Assembly (NCBI RefSeq): GCF_009834535.1
Contig: NC_045707.1
Location: 60,948,001-61,012,000 of the forward strand
Direction of reading: 5' to 3'
DNA length: 64,000 bases
Origin: Camelus ferus
Lineage: Eukaryota
Shown here piece after piece: positions 12,420 through 26,200 of this stretch. Position numbers and translations under genes: made by a program. The first letter of the stretch is position 1; each line of letters opens with the position of its first letter. A model generated the notes under the pieces. That model ran no database searches and was not told the DNA's origin. It saw only the letters and a program-made list of their open reading frames with translations.

Positions 12420-13740
12420 TGCTTTCCCTTAAAGTCTGGTTTTGCCAACATTAGTATAGTGACAGCATCTTTCTTTGGTTAAGCATTGTGTTTTACTTTG
12501 GAACTCTTTATATCCTAAGTGTGTTTCTTCAAAATGGGATGTAGTCTTTAATCTGACCATTTTAGAAGGGAACCTAGTTGATTATGGGTAGTGTAATTAC
12601 AGCGATTAGGTTTAAAGCTGATTGTATATTGTTTGATTTTTCTTCTGCTTTGGAAGTTACATGTTCTGTTTCTGAAATTTTGGGGATCACGTTAGAAATT
12701 ATAACATTCTTACTTAAGAACATTAGAATAATCTATTTTCTCCCCTGTATCCTCACCACTGTCTTAATGTATGGTAGTTTAAATTTAACACATTTTGCAA
12801 TGATGATATTATTTCTTTTAAAGTATTTATTTAGATGTATGCAGATATGTATGCCCCTCATGTCTTGTATCTTTAGACCTTCTGTTTGGGATCACTTACC
12901 TTCTGCCTGAAGAATATACTTACAGAATTTATTAATGAGAGTGCTGGAGATATTTTTGCCTGAAAGTACTTGTTTCACCTTCATTCTTAAGGGCTGTTTT
13001 GGTTGATTATTATATTCTAAGGTCCTTAGTTATTTTCAGCACATTGAGCACACAACACATTCTGTTGTCTTCTGGTGTTTGTTGAAGAGAAAACAGCTAT
13101 CAATCTTTGGGGACTTTTGAGATTAATCTGTCTTTTCTCGATGTGCTTTTGAGGTGACCTCTGTCTTTGTTGTCTTGCCTTTTCCCTGACACATCTAACT
13201 GTGGGTTTTTTGTTTGTCCTGATTGGGGTTTGTAGGGCTGCCTTCCATTACTTCTGGAAAATTCACAGCTATTCTTCATATATTCTCCCCATTCTCTGTG
13301 ATACTCCTAGAACTTGTATTAAGTCTGTGTTAGACTTTATTGCATCCTAAAGTGTCTTTTCAGTATTTTTCATCCTTTAGTTTCTGCCATAGTTTGGAAA
13401 ATTTCTTCTAGGCTTGCTTCCAGCTCACCTAATTCTCTCTCCAGCTGTGTTTGGTTTACTGTTAAACCTGCCCATTTAGCTTGATTTCTGTTATTTTTAT
13501 TTCTAGAAATTCTGTTTAGTTCTTTGCCAGATTTGGTCTATCATCTTTAATAAATGATTGTTCCTGTAGATACTGCTCCAGACACTGTTTTCAAACTTAA
13601 TAAGCTTGGTTTTTTTTTCCACGTTTATATTTTGTTTATGGTCTTTCTAATGATATTTAAGTCTTTGGTAGGACTGGCTTGTGTTGTATTCGTTTCTGTT
13701 GCCCCTGTTATTCTTGAAAATTACTTTATGAATTATTGAA
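12420..13740 (-). mobile_element. Ancient L1 (L1ME-like) fragments
   Basis: Long T-rich degenerate antisense L1-like sequence; by eye only. Confidence 0.45.
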
Positions 13741-14636
13741 GGTCTGAGGTGAAGATGCCTTTCATTTACATTTGGGTATGCAGGTGCCTAGAGACCACTT
13801 GAAGCTCATAGCTTAGGGTTTTGGAGGGCAACACTGATGAGGTGAATTTCGGCATCTATCCAGGAGAACTCGTTTATTATCTCTGAGGATATTCGCACTT
13901 TGAGGTTCCTGCTTAATTAGGGAAGGTTGCCAAAGGATTCCCTACCTTGGATAGATAGGTCCAGGACTTTTGGTTTCACCCCACAGTAGTTCAAATTGGG
14001 CAGTTGCCTTCACAGCAAAAATAACTTCCTTCTACTTATTCTTTTGTTTCCTGTTTTGCCTTCAGTTTGGGTTACTTCTTTGGGTTATTTCTTACTATCT
14101 TATTAGCATTTTCCATGTTTTTAAGATTTTAACAAATGTTTTCAACTTTTCATCAGTAGAGTTGGTCTGCATAATCTAGCTTGTCGCTAGCAGGAATGGA
14201 AATTCTTCAGATCTCTTAAAAAGCAATTTAATGTCTGATGATTTTATTTCACATTGATTTTACCTAATGTTGACTGCAGTAAAAAAAATTAAAAATTAAT
14301 ATAGTGTTTAACCTAAAGTTATGTTTCTCAGTGTGATCTGATTGTCTGAGACCACTTGCCTCAGAAACTAGGTTTCTTGTTTAGACTGCAGATTTTTGGG
14401 ACCACTCCCTCAGACCTGTGGGTTTTGAATCTGAGTATGGGAATCACTCTTTTTTTTTTAATAAACTTATTCATAATTTTAGATTTAGTTCGAGGTTCCC
14501 ACATGTCCCTTACCCAGTTTCTTCTAATGTTAACATCTTACATTTCCATTTATTTACATTTATTGGTCAGTCTGTACATTTGTCAAGACCAAAAGACTGG
14601 TTTTAGCCATCATCCTGGCTAATTATTTTGTAGAAA

Positions 14637-15267
14637 TGTTATCGGGAAAAGGAAAATAAGAATTACCCCAGTTCTTAGTCACCTGAAAAAAAAGAATTTT
14701 TAACAAGAGACAGAAAGCATGATACAAGCAAGATTTTTATTAGTAAAGTAAAACAGTAGTAAAAGATAGTACACTCCCAAGAATTGGGAGCAGGCCAATC
14801 CAAGAGAGGGAAAATGGCGCTGCTCCTTTGTTTTTCCGTCTTATATCCTGGCTTAGGGTTATTTTTGTGATTGATTAACGGCTCAGGTTCATTGAGTGAT
14901 CAAGCTGATTGACAGCTCAGGTACCTTGTGCTCAGGTTGACTGACAGCTCAGGTTCCTTATGCTCTGGCATGCCCATCTTTTGGGCAGGTTTTTACCCAT
15001 GAAACACAGAAACCTACAGGATGGGGCTCAAACTGTAGTGTTAATTGCATTATAATTGCATTGGGTCATGTTACACCAGGTCCTTCTCTTATATGCAGCT
15101 GCAGCGTTTTGATTTTAGCTGGCTTCTTTTGCTGGCCCTCATTTAGAGAAAGTAAAGATTTCTGGAGTCCCTTATCCTGAATGCAGACATACTGTTATTT
15201 TCTGGGTTATCCCTTTCGCCTTCCTCTCCCCCTGCCCAATGCTCATTTCTGTCTTAACTGCCTAACA
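14637..15267 (-). mobile_element. ERV1-class solo LTR (631 bp) in NAP1L1 intron 1
   Basis: Termini TGTTA...TAACA; 4-bp TSD GAAA (14633-14636 and 15268-15271); minus-strand AATAAA (TTTATT 14736-14741) and TATA-like GATATAA (14841-14847); four GCTCAGGT repeats in U3. Confidence 0.8.
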
Positions 15268-18020
15268 GAAACACTGACCCCATGTTAGAGATAATTCAAA
15301 ATGGACAGAGTGAAACAATTGCTTATGTTTATGGTGCATGCTAAGATCGGACAAATATCTTTTACATGAATTTACTTCTTAAAAAGAAATCCAATGAGGA
15401 AACAATTTTTCCCTACTTTTTGTAAATAGTAAGATCAGAAGTTGTTTGCCTGAGCAGGATTACTACAAAGCCACTGTCAACTTAAATGATCTGACTACAA
15501 AATTAGTCCTACTTTTCTTTAAAAAACATAAGTATATACACCAAGAAATCTAATTTAGCCAGAGTGGGCAGATTGGAGAAGGCATCTCTGAAGAAATAAA
15601 TGCCATCCTGTTCTATCTTGACTCCTCTTTAATAAAGAATTAAAAGAATTTCATTATAAGAGTGTGAATTTTTAAGTGTAATGCCACAGAGTGGACATTG
15701 AGGGTAGCAGTGTAGCCATTCTTTTGTGAACATGTTAAAATGTCATAAAAATTTTGAATTCAAAAGTTTTGGGTGTTTTTTGCTTCATATTTTTGATAAT
15801 TGCTGAGATTTACTAGACACTATATGTTCAACCCAGCAAATTCTAAAATATTAAATAAGTATCTGAATGGGAAAACCAAATAATGCAGAATGGTACACAA
15901 GTTGTCAGTTACTTTAGTCTTCCTCTAATAGGTAATTGCTGTTAGGTTTCTGGTGAATCTTTCCAGAAATGTTTTATTCATGAGGAAATCTGTACATGCA
16001 TGAGTACGCATATTCATGTATGTGCTGGTTGGACTTTGCCATACATCCTTTCTTTACCCCTGCTCTTTCCGTGTCAACTCAGTTCTGCTTTATTTTTTTA
16101 TTGCAAAACATTCCAGTGTGTGCACCTTAAACACTAATACTGTTTACTTTTCGTAAGTAATTGTAGCCGCCATACATATGTGTATATAAACTTTGTATAC
16201 TGCACTGAAGAATACAGTGCAGTGATTGACAGACACATATATAACCCATGTAATCATGAATCTTGTGGCCTGGTCGATTGGGAGACAGACCGTGGTTAAA
16301 TAATCACACTAATTTATAATGGAAGACATGAGATCTTATGATGGGAAAAAATGAGTTTTATAGGAGTGTGTACAACCAAGAAATCTTAGGAAGTACAAGT
16401 TGGAGAAGGCATCTCTGAAGAAGTAAATGCCAACTTACTCTGCCTTGAAGAAGTAAAGCTTTGAGCTGAGAGCCAAAGTATGTGCAGGACTTCTTAACTG
16501 GGGGTTTAGAGGAACCTGTTGGGTGAACATGAAGTGTGCACAGGCCCTTAAATCCTGTAAGTGGATAACCAAGGCTGGAATGGACATATTTAAGGCTTTT
16601 CATATTTTGTGTCCAAATTGCTCTCCTGAACGATAATAGTTTATAGGAACACTAGCTGTATTTAAGAATGCATATTCACCATAATTTCCCCTGCATTCAA
16701 AGAAAAATTAGAATTCCACTTGTGTTTCTTTGACTCAGTATTTTTCATAATTTTGAATTATTTCTTTGTAGTTTTTTTTTGCTAAATGTCTTGTTAATGC
16801 TGGCTAATTACCCAGCACTACTAGAGAAATCTGTCAGTGCTATTAGAAATTATTTATAGCAAATAGAAAATATTTAAAAATAGTGTAGGATAGTAAGGAA
16901 GAAATATTTCCTTTATAATTGTCTAAAGGGTGGAAGTTGGATCAGTAATAATATTCCAAATATTAGCACTTCACTGCTAAAATCAGTAACTCTTAGCTGT
17001 TTAGATAAAAAGCATATTAAGCATGTTGGTATGAGGAATCACATCTTGTAGCATTTTGTGAGTTAAAGATGAAGGTTTTAATTTTTAAAAGATTAAAGAC
17101 TTGATTTTAATGTGGGATTCTAAGCTTGATTTTTTTTTCTTCAAAATCTGCATTACTTATGGCATTCAGCCTTTTTTTTTTTTTTTTTTTTTGGATGAAT
17201 GTAACATGTTTTATCTTGAGTTTGGGTTTTCTAAAAGCAGTATTCTCTAAATTAATACTACTCTTATAGTGAGAAAGAACTTCAGATATGCTCTGATCAG
17301 TCCTAACAGTATTTCTGTCTGATAACCAAGAACATTATGGACAATGTGTCACCATATCCAGCATAGGCTGGGGGCATCGTGGTATTCAGTGGTATGACGT
17401 GGGGTGTGTTTGAAGAGACAGGGAGGGTTTACTTGACATAAGTTGGGACCCAGAGCTCTGTAACTGTCATTAAATAGTTTAAAGGGATGACATTTGATAA
17501 CAAGAATTATTAAACTTTATTCACGGAGAAGGAGGCATAGAGTACTGAGGTGGTAAATTTTGGCTTTTTAACATGAATGATAAAAATTAATACTGTTAAA
17601 AATCAAGTGGCTTTGCTCTGTGAGGTCCTTAGCAGGTCAAAAATTTAAGCCAAAAATGACCATTCATGATTGTTAAAGGAATTTGAATAAAGACCCATTT
17701 TATTGTTCCTTTTCTGTGATTCTAGCATACATCAGATTCTTCTAACCAACTGTGCTATTGGCCATGTGAACGCAGAGTAGCAGCTTGTTTTAAACAGTAT
17801 CCTCTGAAAAATTACTTCAGTGATTTGTGTCCCATGGTTTTTCTCAACACTGATGCTTTTTTAATGGGAGTATACATTTTTTCTCGGGATAGTTTTCAAC
17901 GTGGTGTATTGATTTAAAGGGTTTTTGGCGTCAAATGTTTTTATTGATTTTAAATGAGTCATGCTTTTTTTTTTTTAAACATTGATGTTTCTCTCCATAG
18001 GTACTTGGTCTTCATACAAC

Positions 18021-18037
18021 ATGGCAGACATTGACAA
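18021..18037 (+). CDS. NAP1L1: NAP1L1 coding exon 2 (exon 18001-18037; start codon; MADID)
   Basis: Acceptor ctctccatag at 18000; strong Kozak aacATGg; donor AA|GTAAGT. Confidence 0.96.
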
Positions 18038-19199
18038 GTAAGTGGCAGATAGTTGGTTCTTTTTTCAGGGATTTGGCATCATTATGAACAGTGTAATGTA
18101 GTTAGCAGCAGTACTGACTATGTATTATGAAAATGTATGGTGATGACTAATGCTTAGTACCTACTGTTTTCAAAATTGGGTACAGTGTATCCAAGACAGA
18201 ATATAGTATACAGAATTACCATCATAAATATAGTAAACCATTTGTCAGTATTTATTCTTAGGAAAGTGCTGAGCACAATAATGAGTCATAAATATTTGGA
18301 GAATTCATTTTCTACCATTTCCCAAAGATTTTACTACTTGCATTGTAATGTATCATAAATACAAGATAAAAATATTGTAAGATGTATGTGTGGAGTTTAA
18401 AGAATAACGGGACAATTGTGTTCAAGTTTTTGAAAATGGAACATTACTGTTAGGAGCCCTATGTGTCTCTCAATTTCATCCTTCACCTTTCCTCTCCAGA
18501 GGTATCAATATTATCTTGATCTTTGTCTAATTCCTTTGTTTTTCTTTGGAGTTTTACCACCTACAAATTCTTAATCAGTGTTTACTTTTGAAAATCTGAA
18601 TGGCAGTCACACACTTAGCTGTGTAAAGAGAAACACAGTGTTACCAATATTAGTTGAGGGGTCCAAGGTAGGAAAACAAAAAGCAAAAGAGACTGGGTCA
18701 TGGTCTGGCTTCAGCTTTCCTTAGTCTTTACAAGGTCTTATTTTGGAGAAGCCATTGGGCAAGGTCATGCATCCTGGAAACATAGGTTTATTGAAATTGG
18801 CATCTTGCAGGGTTCTGGTGTGGATGGATGTCTTGTAGAAGTGTGGTCAAGGAGAATGGGTTGAGCTATACTATTTGCTGCTTGTCTTTTCACAGGAGTG
18901 CCAACTCAGAGAAGGAGATTAAAAAAAAAAACATTTCAGGAGGGAGCGGTTATGACGTGACTAGCCACAGCTGTTGTAGGCAGCAGAGCATGGAGGTGGG
19001 AGGGCTGGAAACCTTATCACTTATCATGAGGGCAACACATTGAAATACTGGTAAGATTTCTAGCCAGTTCTCCATGTACCCTGTCTTCAGCGTGAAAAGA
19101 AGAGTGGCAGCAGGCATTTTAGTGATAATGACTCTCAAAGTGATTGTCTTCTGAATCATGCCGCTCCAGTGCGGATTACTTAACCTTGGTTACACAGTT

Positions 19200-20050
19200 G
19201 TCATTTTAGATTTATTTTATCTTCCTAGGGTTTCCTTTTGTTTCTGCCTTTGGGTTTGCTGTTGGCTATATTGCATGTGTCCTGTTTTTGGTTCTTTGGT
19301 TTAGTACCTGCTTGGAAGAGTACAAAGGAAGTAAATTATTTTGAGATGGCATGTCTGGAGATGACTATTTTACCCTTGTGCTTGATAGTTTGGGTGTGGA
19401 ATTATAATTTGGGAATCATTTTTTCTTCGGAATTTTGAAGGCGTTGCTCCGTTGTCACCTTGCTTCTAGTGTTGCTGTGTTGAAGTTCAAAGTCATTGTA
19501 ATTCTTGATCATTTATACGTGGCACTTTTTAAAAAGCAGGCATATATATCTATTTCTGAAAGCTCCTCCGGCTTCAGAGTTCAGAAATGTTTACACTGTC
19601 AGGTCTGTGTTTTATTTCTTCTGTTAGGCATTCAGTGGTAGACCCTTTCAATATGGCAGTGTGGGAGCCCTCAATTCTGGGGAATATTCTTGACTTATTT
19701 TGTTGACTGTCTTGTTCCCATTTTCTCTTTCTGGAGTTCCTTTTATATGTTAGACTGGTTCTTCTAATTACCTTTTGTCCTAGTTTCCATCTTTGTCTCT
19801 TTGCTCTTCTTTCTTGGTGAAGTAGAAACTTTATCTTTCAACTCTTATATTGAGTTTCTAAATTTCTGTTATTTTAGTTTTCAGGTGTTCCTTTGCTCTC
19901 TGTTCCTGTTTTTATAGCATCTTGTTCTTACTTTATTGTTTGTAATATCTTTTCTCTGGATGTTCTTTCCCCTGTGTAGTCTGGTCTTAAAATTTTCTTT
20001 CTTCTCTTCTGGTCTCAATGGCTTTCCTCAAATAGGAGAAGGTAATACTT
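19200..20050 (-). mobile_element. Ancient L1 (L1ME-like) fragment
   Basis: Degenerate T-rich antisense L1-like sequence (ttttgaaggcgttgctccgttgtc...ttctagtgttgctg). Confidence 0.45.
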
Positions 20051-20848
20051 GGTTGTCTGCTCATTAAAATTGGGGTGGGGAAAAGGGGTAGTTGAAGGAT
20101 TTTTTTTTAAGTTAATTGGAGAATTAGAGTTTTAGGGGAAGGGGGGGCTTGTCAGTTTAGGATTTTAATGTGGACTCAGCAGGGTGGGCATTTGTTGTGA
20201 GAACCCCCAGTGTCAGAATGCCATTTTTTTCTGAGCTGGTCAGATGCCCCAGTAAAGAGTGTTTGGGTAAAGATCTAGCTTCCAGTGTTCTGGGAACCGA
20301 GTGAGGAGAAAGCAGCTAGGGAGGGGGCTCTGCATTCAGCGTTCTAGTCGAGATATTGTCCTGGGTCTGTGAGCCTCTAGTCTGAGCTCTCAGCTCACTT
20401 TCCAGAGAAGTAGCTGTGACATTTCTGCTAGAGCGAGGGAGGAACTAAGGATTTAACTCTTACAGTTTTTGCTTAGTCCTCCCTGTTTTACTCACGCTCA
20501 CCCCCAAGCCTTAGCTCTAGAAGGATTCTGTGTTTAGGCCGGTTCTCAGCTCTACCGCTGCTGACTTAGATTTCATTTCTCAGTGAAGTTGCTGCTCTTG
20601 TCTCCTTGTCCTTCAGTGTTCATTTAAAAACTCTTTTATCATAATTTTAGTGGGACTTTTGGAAGGATTAAGATCAGATAAGTACATGCAGTCTGCCATT
20701 GAACCTTCATTTTGTCTTAAATTCTGAAAAAAAAAGAATAAATTGGTTGTGAGAGCTTGATCGCCCTCCCACCCCCCCATTATTTACCGTTGGATGCCTG
20801 TGAGCTCTGGGAAGGTGGGAGGAAGAGGAAGATCCTTGTTCTTTAAAG

Positions 20849-21005
20849 CGGAAGTCAGCAAACTTTCTCTGTAAAGGACCTGATCGTAAATATTTTAGGC
20901 ATTTTGGGCCTTGTGGTCTCATCATTGCGGCTGTCTTACAGTAAAACTTTATTTATAAAAATAGGAGTGATTGGATTTGGCCACATGACAGTTTGTAGAC
21001 TCCTG
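20849..21005. mobile_element. MER58A-like hAT MITE
   Basis: gtcagcaaactttctctgtaaagg...gtaaatattttaggc...aaaactttattta...ggatttggcc; 8-bp TSD CTTTAAAG / TTTTAAAG (7 of 8 match). Confidence 0.8.
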
Positions 21006-21559
21006 TTTTAAAGCTTTAAGATTTAGATGTTCAGTAAATAATTAAATGAAATGACACTGGAGGAAGAGCTGTTCCATGTTATCTTCAGTTAGTGACCCTT
21101 AACTCTAAATATACCTAACTTTATACTAAGTGAAAGATACTTTTTTCTAACAAAATAGTCTGTTTCTGTTGGGAAAGCTTTTTTTATCTTGGTTGACAGA
21201 AACAAATTTTTCTAGCAGAATACGGTACTTCTGTATGTGTCCCCATATGAAAATTAGAGAGTGTTTGTTCCTGTATGAAAGTTAATTTTTCAAATGCTGT
21301 TTCTAGACATGAAAGTAACTAATTCTCTAAACCAAGTATTAAAATGTAAAATTACATGAGGAATTGTACAATGATGACTTCGATATCCTAATTCTCCATT
21401 TTAATGCTGATTTTAATCTCATGTTCCAAAACTAGATTTTTAAGATGAAGTAGGAAGAATGTTTTTACTTTTTACCTTCTCTTTTAATGGTGCCATCCTC
21501 CTGGCTTAACTCTTAAGCATGAAGTAGACTCAAGTCTTTTACTGTTCTTCCCCATCTCC

Positions 21560-22020
21560 TCTATGAAGTAAAGAAAAAGGAAAATCCAAAGATAGTAAGT
21601 ACAGGCAGATGTGGTTGTTCCACAGCCATCAGGGATCCAGAATCCTTCTGTTTTTCTAGACTGTTTTTCTAGACTCCTTTATTCTTAGTTGGTGACTTTA
21701 ATTCTGTAGGATGCCTCATGGTCCAGCATGGCTGCTGAAGCTCTAGCCATCATATCCCTGTTCCAGGGAGGGAGCAACATCAAAAAGGCTTCCAGCTGTT
21801 TACCATCCTATTTAGGAGGATATATATATATATATATATTCTACACTATATATTTTCTTAATCTCACTGCCAAAATATGATTATATAGCCACTCTAGCTA
21901 AAAGGTAGGCTGAGACTCATAGACTTCTTAGCTTGGTATTATAGCCATCTCATATAAAATCAGAATGCTTTTACTAGGAAGAGTGAAATCAGTAGATAGT
22001 GGGTAGAGAGCACATACTTC
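21560..22020. mobile_element. Old MaLR LTR (MLT1J/K/L-like), containing (TA)n at about 21820-21839
   Basis: catcagggatccagaatccttctg...gcctcatggtccagcatggctgctgaagctctagccatca motif. Confidence 0.55.
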
Positions 22021-22298
22021 CTGACATTACATTCTCTGAACCAAAACCTATCAAATCACATTCTTAAAGCCTGAAGTATACACTTTATATTTGACTATAT
22101 GTTTTTAAATGAAATTTTAAGTACTTCCAATTTGTACTTGTTTGTACATATGAAGTTAGAAAACTGAATTACCTTTTGGATTTCCTATTTTATACTTCTG
22201 AAAGAGACATATTAACCTAGAAAATGAATTGAAATTTTCTATAATTTTTTTTAATAATTGGTACATTTGAACCTTGGTGTGATACTATGATATTGTAG

Positions 22299-22384
22299 CA
22301 AAGAACAGTCTGAACTTGATCAAGATTTGGATGATGTTGAAGAAGTAGAAGAGGAAGAAACTGGTGAAGAAACAAAAATCAAAG
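22299..22384 (+). CDS. NAP1L1: NAP1L1 exon 3 (KEQSELDQDLDDVEEVEEEETGEETKIK)
   Basis: Translation matches NAP1L1; tag acceptor, G|gtatta donor; phases consistent. Confidence 0.97.
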
Positions 22385-22908
22385 GTATTATTTTAAATTA
22401 TTTTAGGAGCCAGTGACTGCTGGCGCGTGTCTTCTAAAGGGTAGTAATAAATACCATTCTTTCTCGATTCTTGTCCACTTTACTGACTGGCCCATACCAC
22501 ACAGTAACAGTTTTATGTGTGAATGTACGTTTGGGTTTGGGGAGAGTAAGGGAGGGAAGGAGGGGAAGAGGGAGATGGAGACAGAATGGTAGTAAGTGAG
22601 GACAGTGATCACAGATGCCCATCAGAAGTGGGTAAAACACAGATAGAAGGGAGAGAAAGGATACTGTTAATAGCAGTTGTAGTAGTGGCCTTGAGAAATG
22701 GTGTGCATTAGACGTAACTAGGAGTCTGAACTTCTCCTATATGTTGGGTTTTCCTAGAGTGAATTTTCTTTAGCTTGCTACTCGTCTCTGCTCAGACTAG
22801 TGATTTATGGGCTAATCAGGAAAACTTCATGATTGGATTGTCCTATTAAAATAGCATAATACATTTTCATAAAATCCTTCTTTCGATGCCCTCCCCTTTT
22901 TTTTAAAG

Positions 22909-23011
22909 CGCGTCAACTGACTGTTCAGATGATGCAAAATCCTCAGATTCTTGCAGCTCTTCAAGAAAGACTTGATGGTCTGGTAGAAACACCAACAGGA
23001 TACATTGAAAG
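22909..23011 (+). CDS. NAP1L1: NAP1L1 exon 4 (ARQLTVQMMQNPQILAALQERLDGLVETPTGYIE)
   Basis: Translation match; aag acceptor; AG|gtacaa donor. Confidence 0.97.
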
Positions 23012-23299
23012 GTACAAGTTCTTTTTCATGGTCTTTATCTTTCTATAATCAACATTGCAGGTGTATCTTTTTAAGGGCATCTAGGACTTACGTATGTCGC
23101 AGTGGGAAGCTGATGTTTTTTTAGTACCGAGTATAGGATTATTGGGAGTTTAAAATTTTGCTAAGTACCAATTCAGAGCTGGTCTTTTAAAATTTATTTT
23201 GGTTCATCTCTATAGGAATTATACTGATCTTAACCATTTCTGAGATTTGTTAGAAATGCACAGAATTAGAAGAAATACAGATTGCTTATTTATTTCATT

Positions 23300-26200
23300 G
23301 GTGATTTAAATCATTAATAATAGCCCAAATATCTTCTTATGCTTATAATTTTTTACACAGCTCTATGATTTTAGGATCCATCCACATTGCTATCTATGTA
23401 TATCTCTAGTCAGTAGTTTCTAGCTTCTAAGTGTTGCCTAGTTCTCTGTGATGTGTGTCCACCATGCTTTCTTCTATGCTTTTTCTTTGATGGACCTCTA
23501 GATTGCCTCCAAACTCCATCAACACAAATTCCATTGTAATGGTAATCCTTGTTCATGTCCTCTTAAGGAACTGTGTGAGAATTTCTTTAGGATATGTACT
23601 TACCAAGGGGATTGATAATTATAAGGCTTGCAAGCCTCAAGTACTTCCAGCTTGCTTTCTGCAATGAGTGTATCTAATATGTGAAAATTGCTTTATCCTG
23701 GTGTCTTGCCAACTATTGGCATCATTCAGCTTTATAGTTTTGTTTTTACCAGTCTGAGAGGTGCAGGCTCATTTTGTTTTATTTGTATATATTTTCTGAT
23801 TTCTAATGAGTTCTGAGCGTCTTTTCATAATAATTGTGACTGAGCCTTTTAGGTCACTCATTTGTACCCTTTTTTCTCCCATTCACGTTTTGAGTTTACT
23901 GTCTTTTTCTTGTTTTGTAGGAGTTCTTATATATCCTAAGTTTTCAGTTTTAGACTTCGTAAATATCTACTGTGTCATTCCTATTTTGTCAGTAGTGTCC
24001 TCCATTAAATAGAAATCCTTAATTTTTATGTTTGTTAAGTTTTTTGACCTTTGGCTTGTTCTTTTGAAGATAAGTCTTTCCTGTTTCTTCTGCATTTCCC
24101 GTTGACTAGTTTCACCTTTTACCTTTCACCTTTAGTTCTTTAATCCCTCTAGAGATCACTTTTATATTTAGTATTAAATAGGCATCCAGTTCCTTTTTTT
24201 TTTTTTTTTTTTTTTGCCTTTTCGGTGAGCTAGCTTTTATAACGCTTCACTAAACAGTTCACTCTTCCCCTATTTATTTGTGTTACCACCTTTATTACAT
24301 ATCAAATTCTAATTATTAGCGCCTTTGTCTTTGAGCAACACTCTTCAGTGATCTTTTTGGCTGGTTTTTTGTCATTGTCCCACTTAAAAGTCCCTATGGC
24401 TTTATAGGATGTCTTATTATCTGGCAGGGTGAGTTGCTTTCCTCTGCCACTCCTCGGCCACCATGGAAACATGTTTTTAAGGTTGACCTTACAGTCTCTA
24501 GTCCTTTATCCCATGTATGGTTGAGCATACGTATATCAGGGTTCGCTCAAAAAACAAGCAAACAGAAAAATAACTAAAATTTGATAGGAATTCCACCATC
24601 TTTTTGATAGTAAATTATCGCATCCATATCCTTGTATTTGTTCAGATCATATTCTGTGTCTTTCATACAAACTTTTCTTGTTTAATTCCTGTATGCTGTG
24701 TGTTGCTGCTATGAATAATACCTACTTTTTTAGTGTTTTCTGGTTGGCTGTTCTTGGTAAAGGAGTGCTATTGATTATTTTTTTTTTAAGTTGCTACATT
24801 TATTGTATAATAATTTATTCTCTTTTTTTCTCCTTAGCCCAAAGGGTCTTAACTGCAAATAAATAATGGCAGTTTTAGCTCTGATCTTCCACATTACACC
24901 ACACCACGTTCATTTTTCTTCCTTTGTAACATTGATCGGGACTTTCAGTACCATGTTAAACATTAGCATTAAAAATGGGCATCTTTGTCTTATTTCTAAT
25001 GTTAATTAAGAATAGATATATAATCTCTTCATTAATTTGGTGTCATTTATGACTTTATGACCTTTTTTCCTTCAAATGGTCTTTTGACTTTTGCTTTGAA
25101 TCTGTTAAGTATATATTAAGTATATATTTTTAGAAATATGAGTTGGCTGGTTAATATTTTATTTAGGTTCCTTATTCATCAGTGAAAAGAGTTTTGTGTG
25201 TGTATATATGTGCATGTATATGTATATATATGTATGTACAATAAAAAAATCTTTCAGGGGATGGTAATTCTGTCCCCTGGTTTCAGAGTCAAGATTTCAA
25301 CTGCCTAGAAGTGAACAGGATTGCTTGTATTTTTTTCCCTGTTTTTTGAAACAACTTGTATACGATAAGAGTTCCTTGAGTAGTTGGTAGAACTCTTCTG
25401 AAAATTGACTTAGGCCTTTGGGATTTGGAAACTTGAGGTCCTGGGGAATTTTTCCTCTTTTTTTTTTTTCCTCTTTTTTTCTTTTTGAACATACTAACCT
25501 CTTCAAGTTCTCTTGTGCCAATTTTGGAGTTTTATATTCTTCTAAAAATGTATGAATTTTAGGTTTCAAATAGATTATTACATAATTCATGACATTTGAA
25601 AAACTGATTATTCCCTTTAATATTCTGTATTCTCTATTTTGCATCTTCATTAATTTTGCCAGTTTTCTCAATCTTAATGTTCTCTAGGACAGCCTTTGAT
25701 TTTTCCATTTGCATATTTATTTGTTATATCAATTCTCTTTTTCGGGGCTTTAATGTTATTTCCTTCTTATTTGGGTTTACTCTTCCAGTTTCTTTAATTG
25801 ACTGCTTAGTTCATTTAATTAAAAAATTAATCAGTCTCTTTAAAGGCTGTATGTTCTGTGAATGTTAAGTGTGAAGATCTACATGCTGAAATCAATAACT
25901 CAGGCATATTAATGGTATTGTTCAGGTTGTCTTTATTTCTGCCTATTGATTCACTGCTTGATCTAACAGTTTCTGGGAAGGATGTGTACTTTCTCTTCCT
26001 GTAATTCTGTCAGTTGTGCGTTATATCATAAATTATTTTGTCTGATTCTAAGATACCTGTTTTAGCTTTCTTTTGGTTTTTATTTATCTGGCATGTCTTT
26101 TTCCATCCTTGTAATCTTACTTTCATGTAATTGTTTCTTAGTAATTTCAAACTCTTTACATTTCTTAGAAGTGTTATTGGTTTTGGACTTAATTACTATC

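Noticed and set aside
18600..19170. Segment with different composition in intron 2, possibly an LTR
   Set aside because: I could not establish termini, a TSD or a family by eye.
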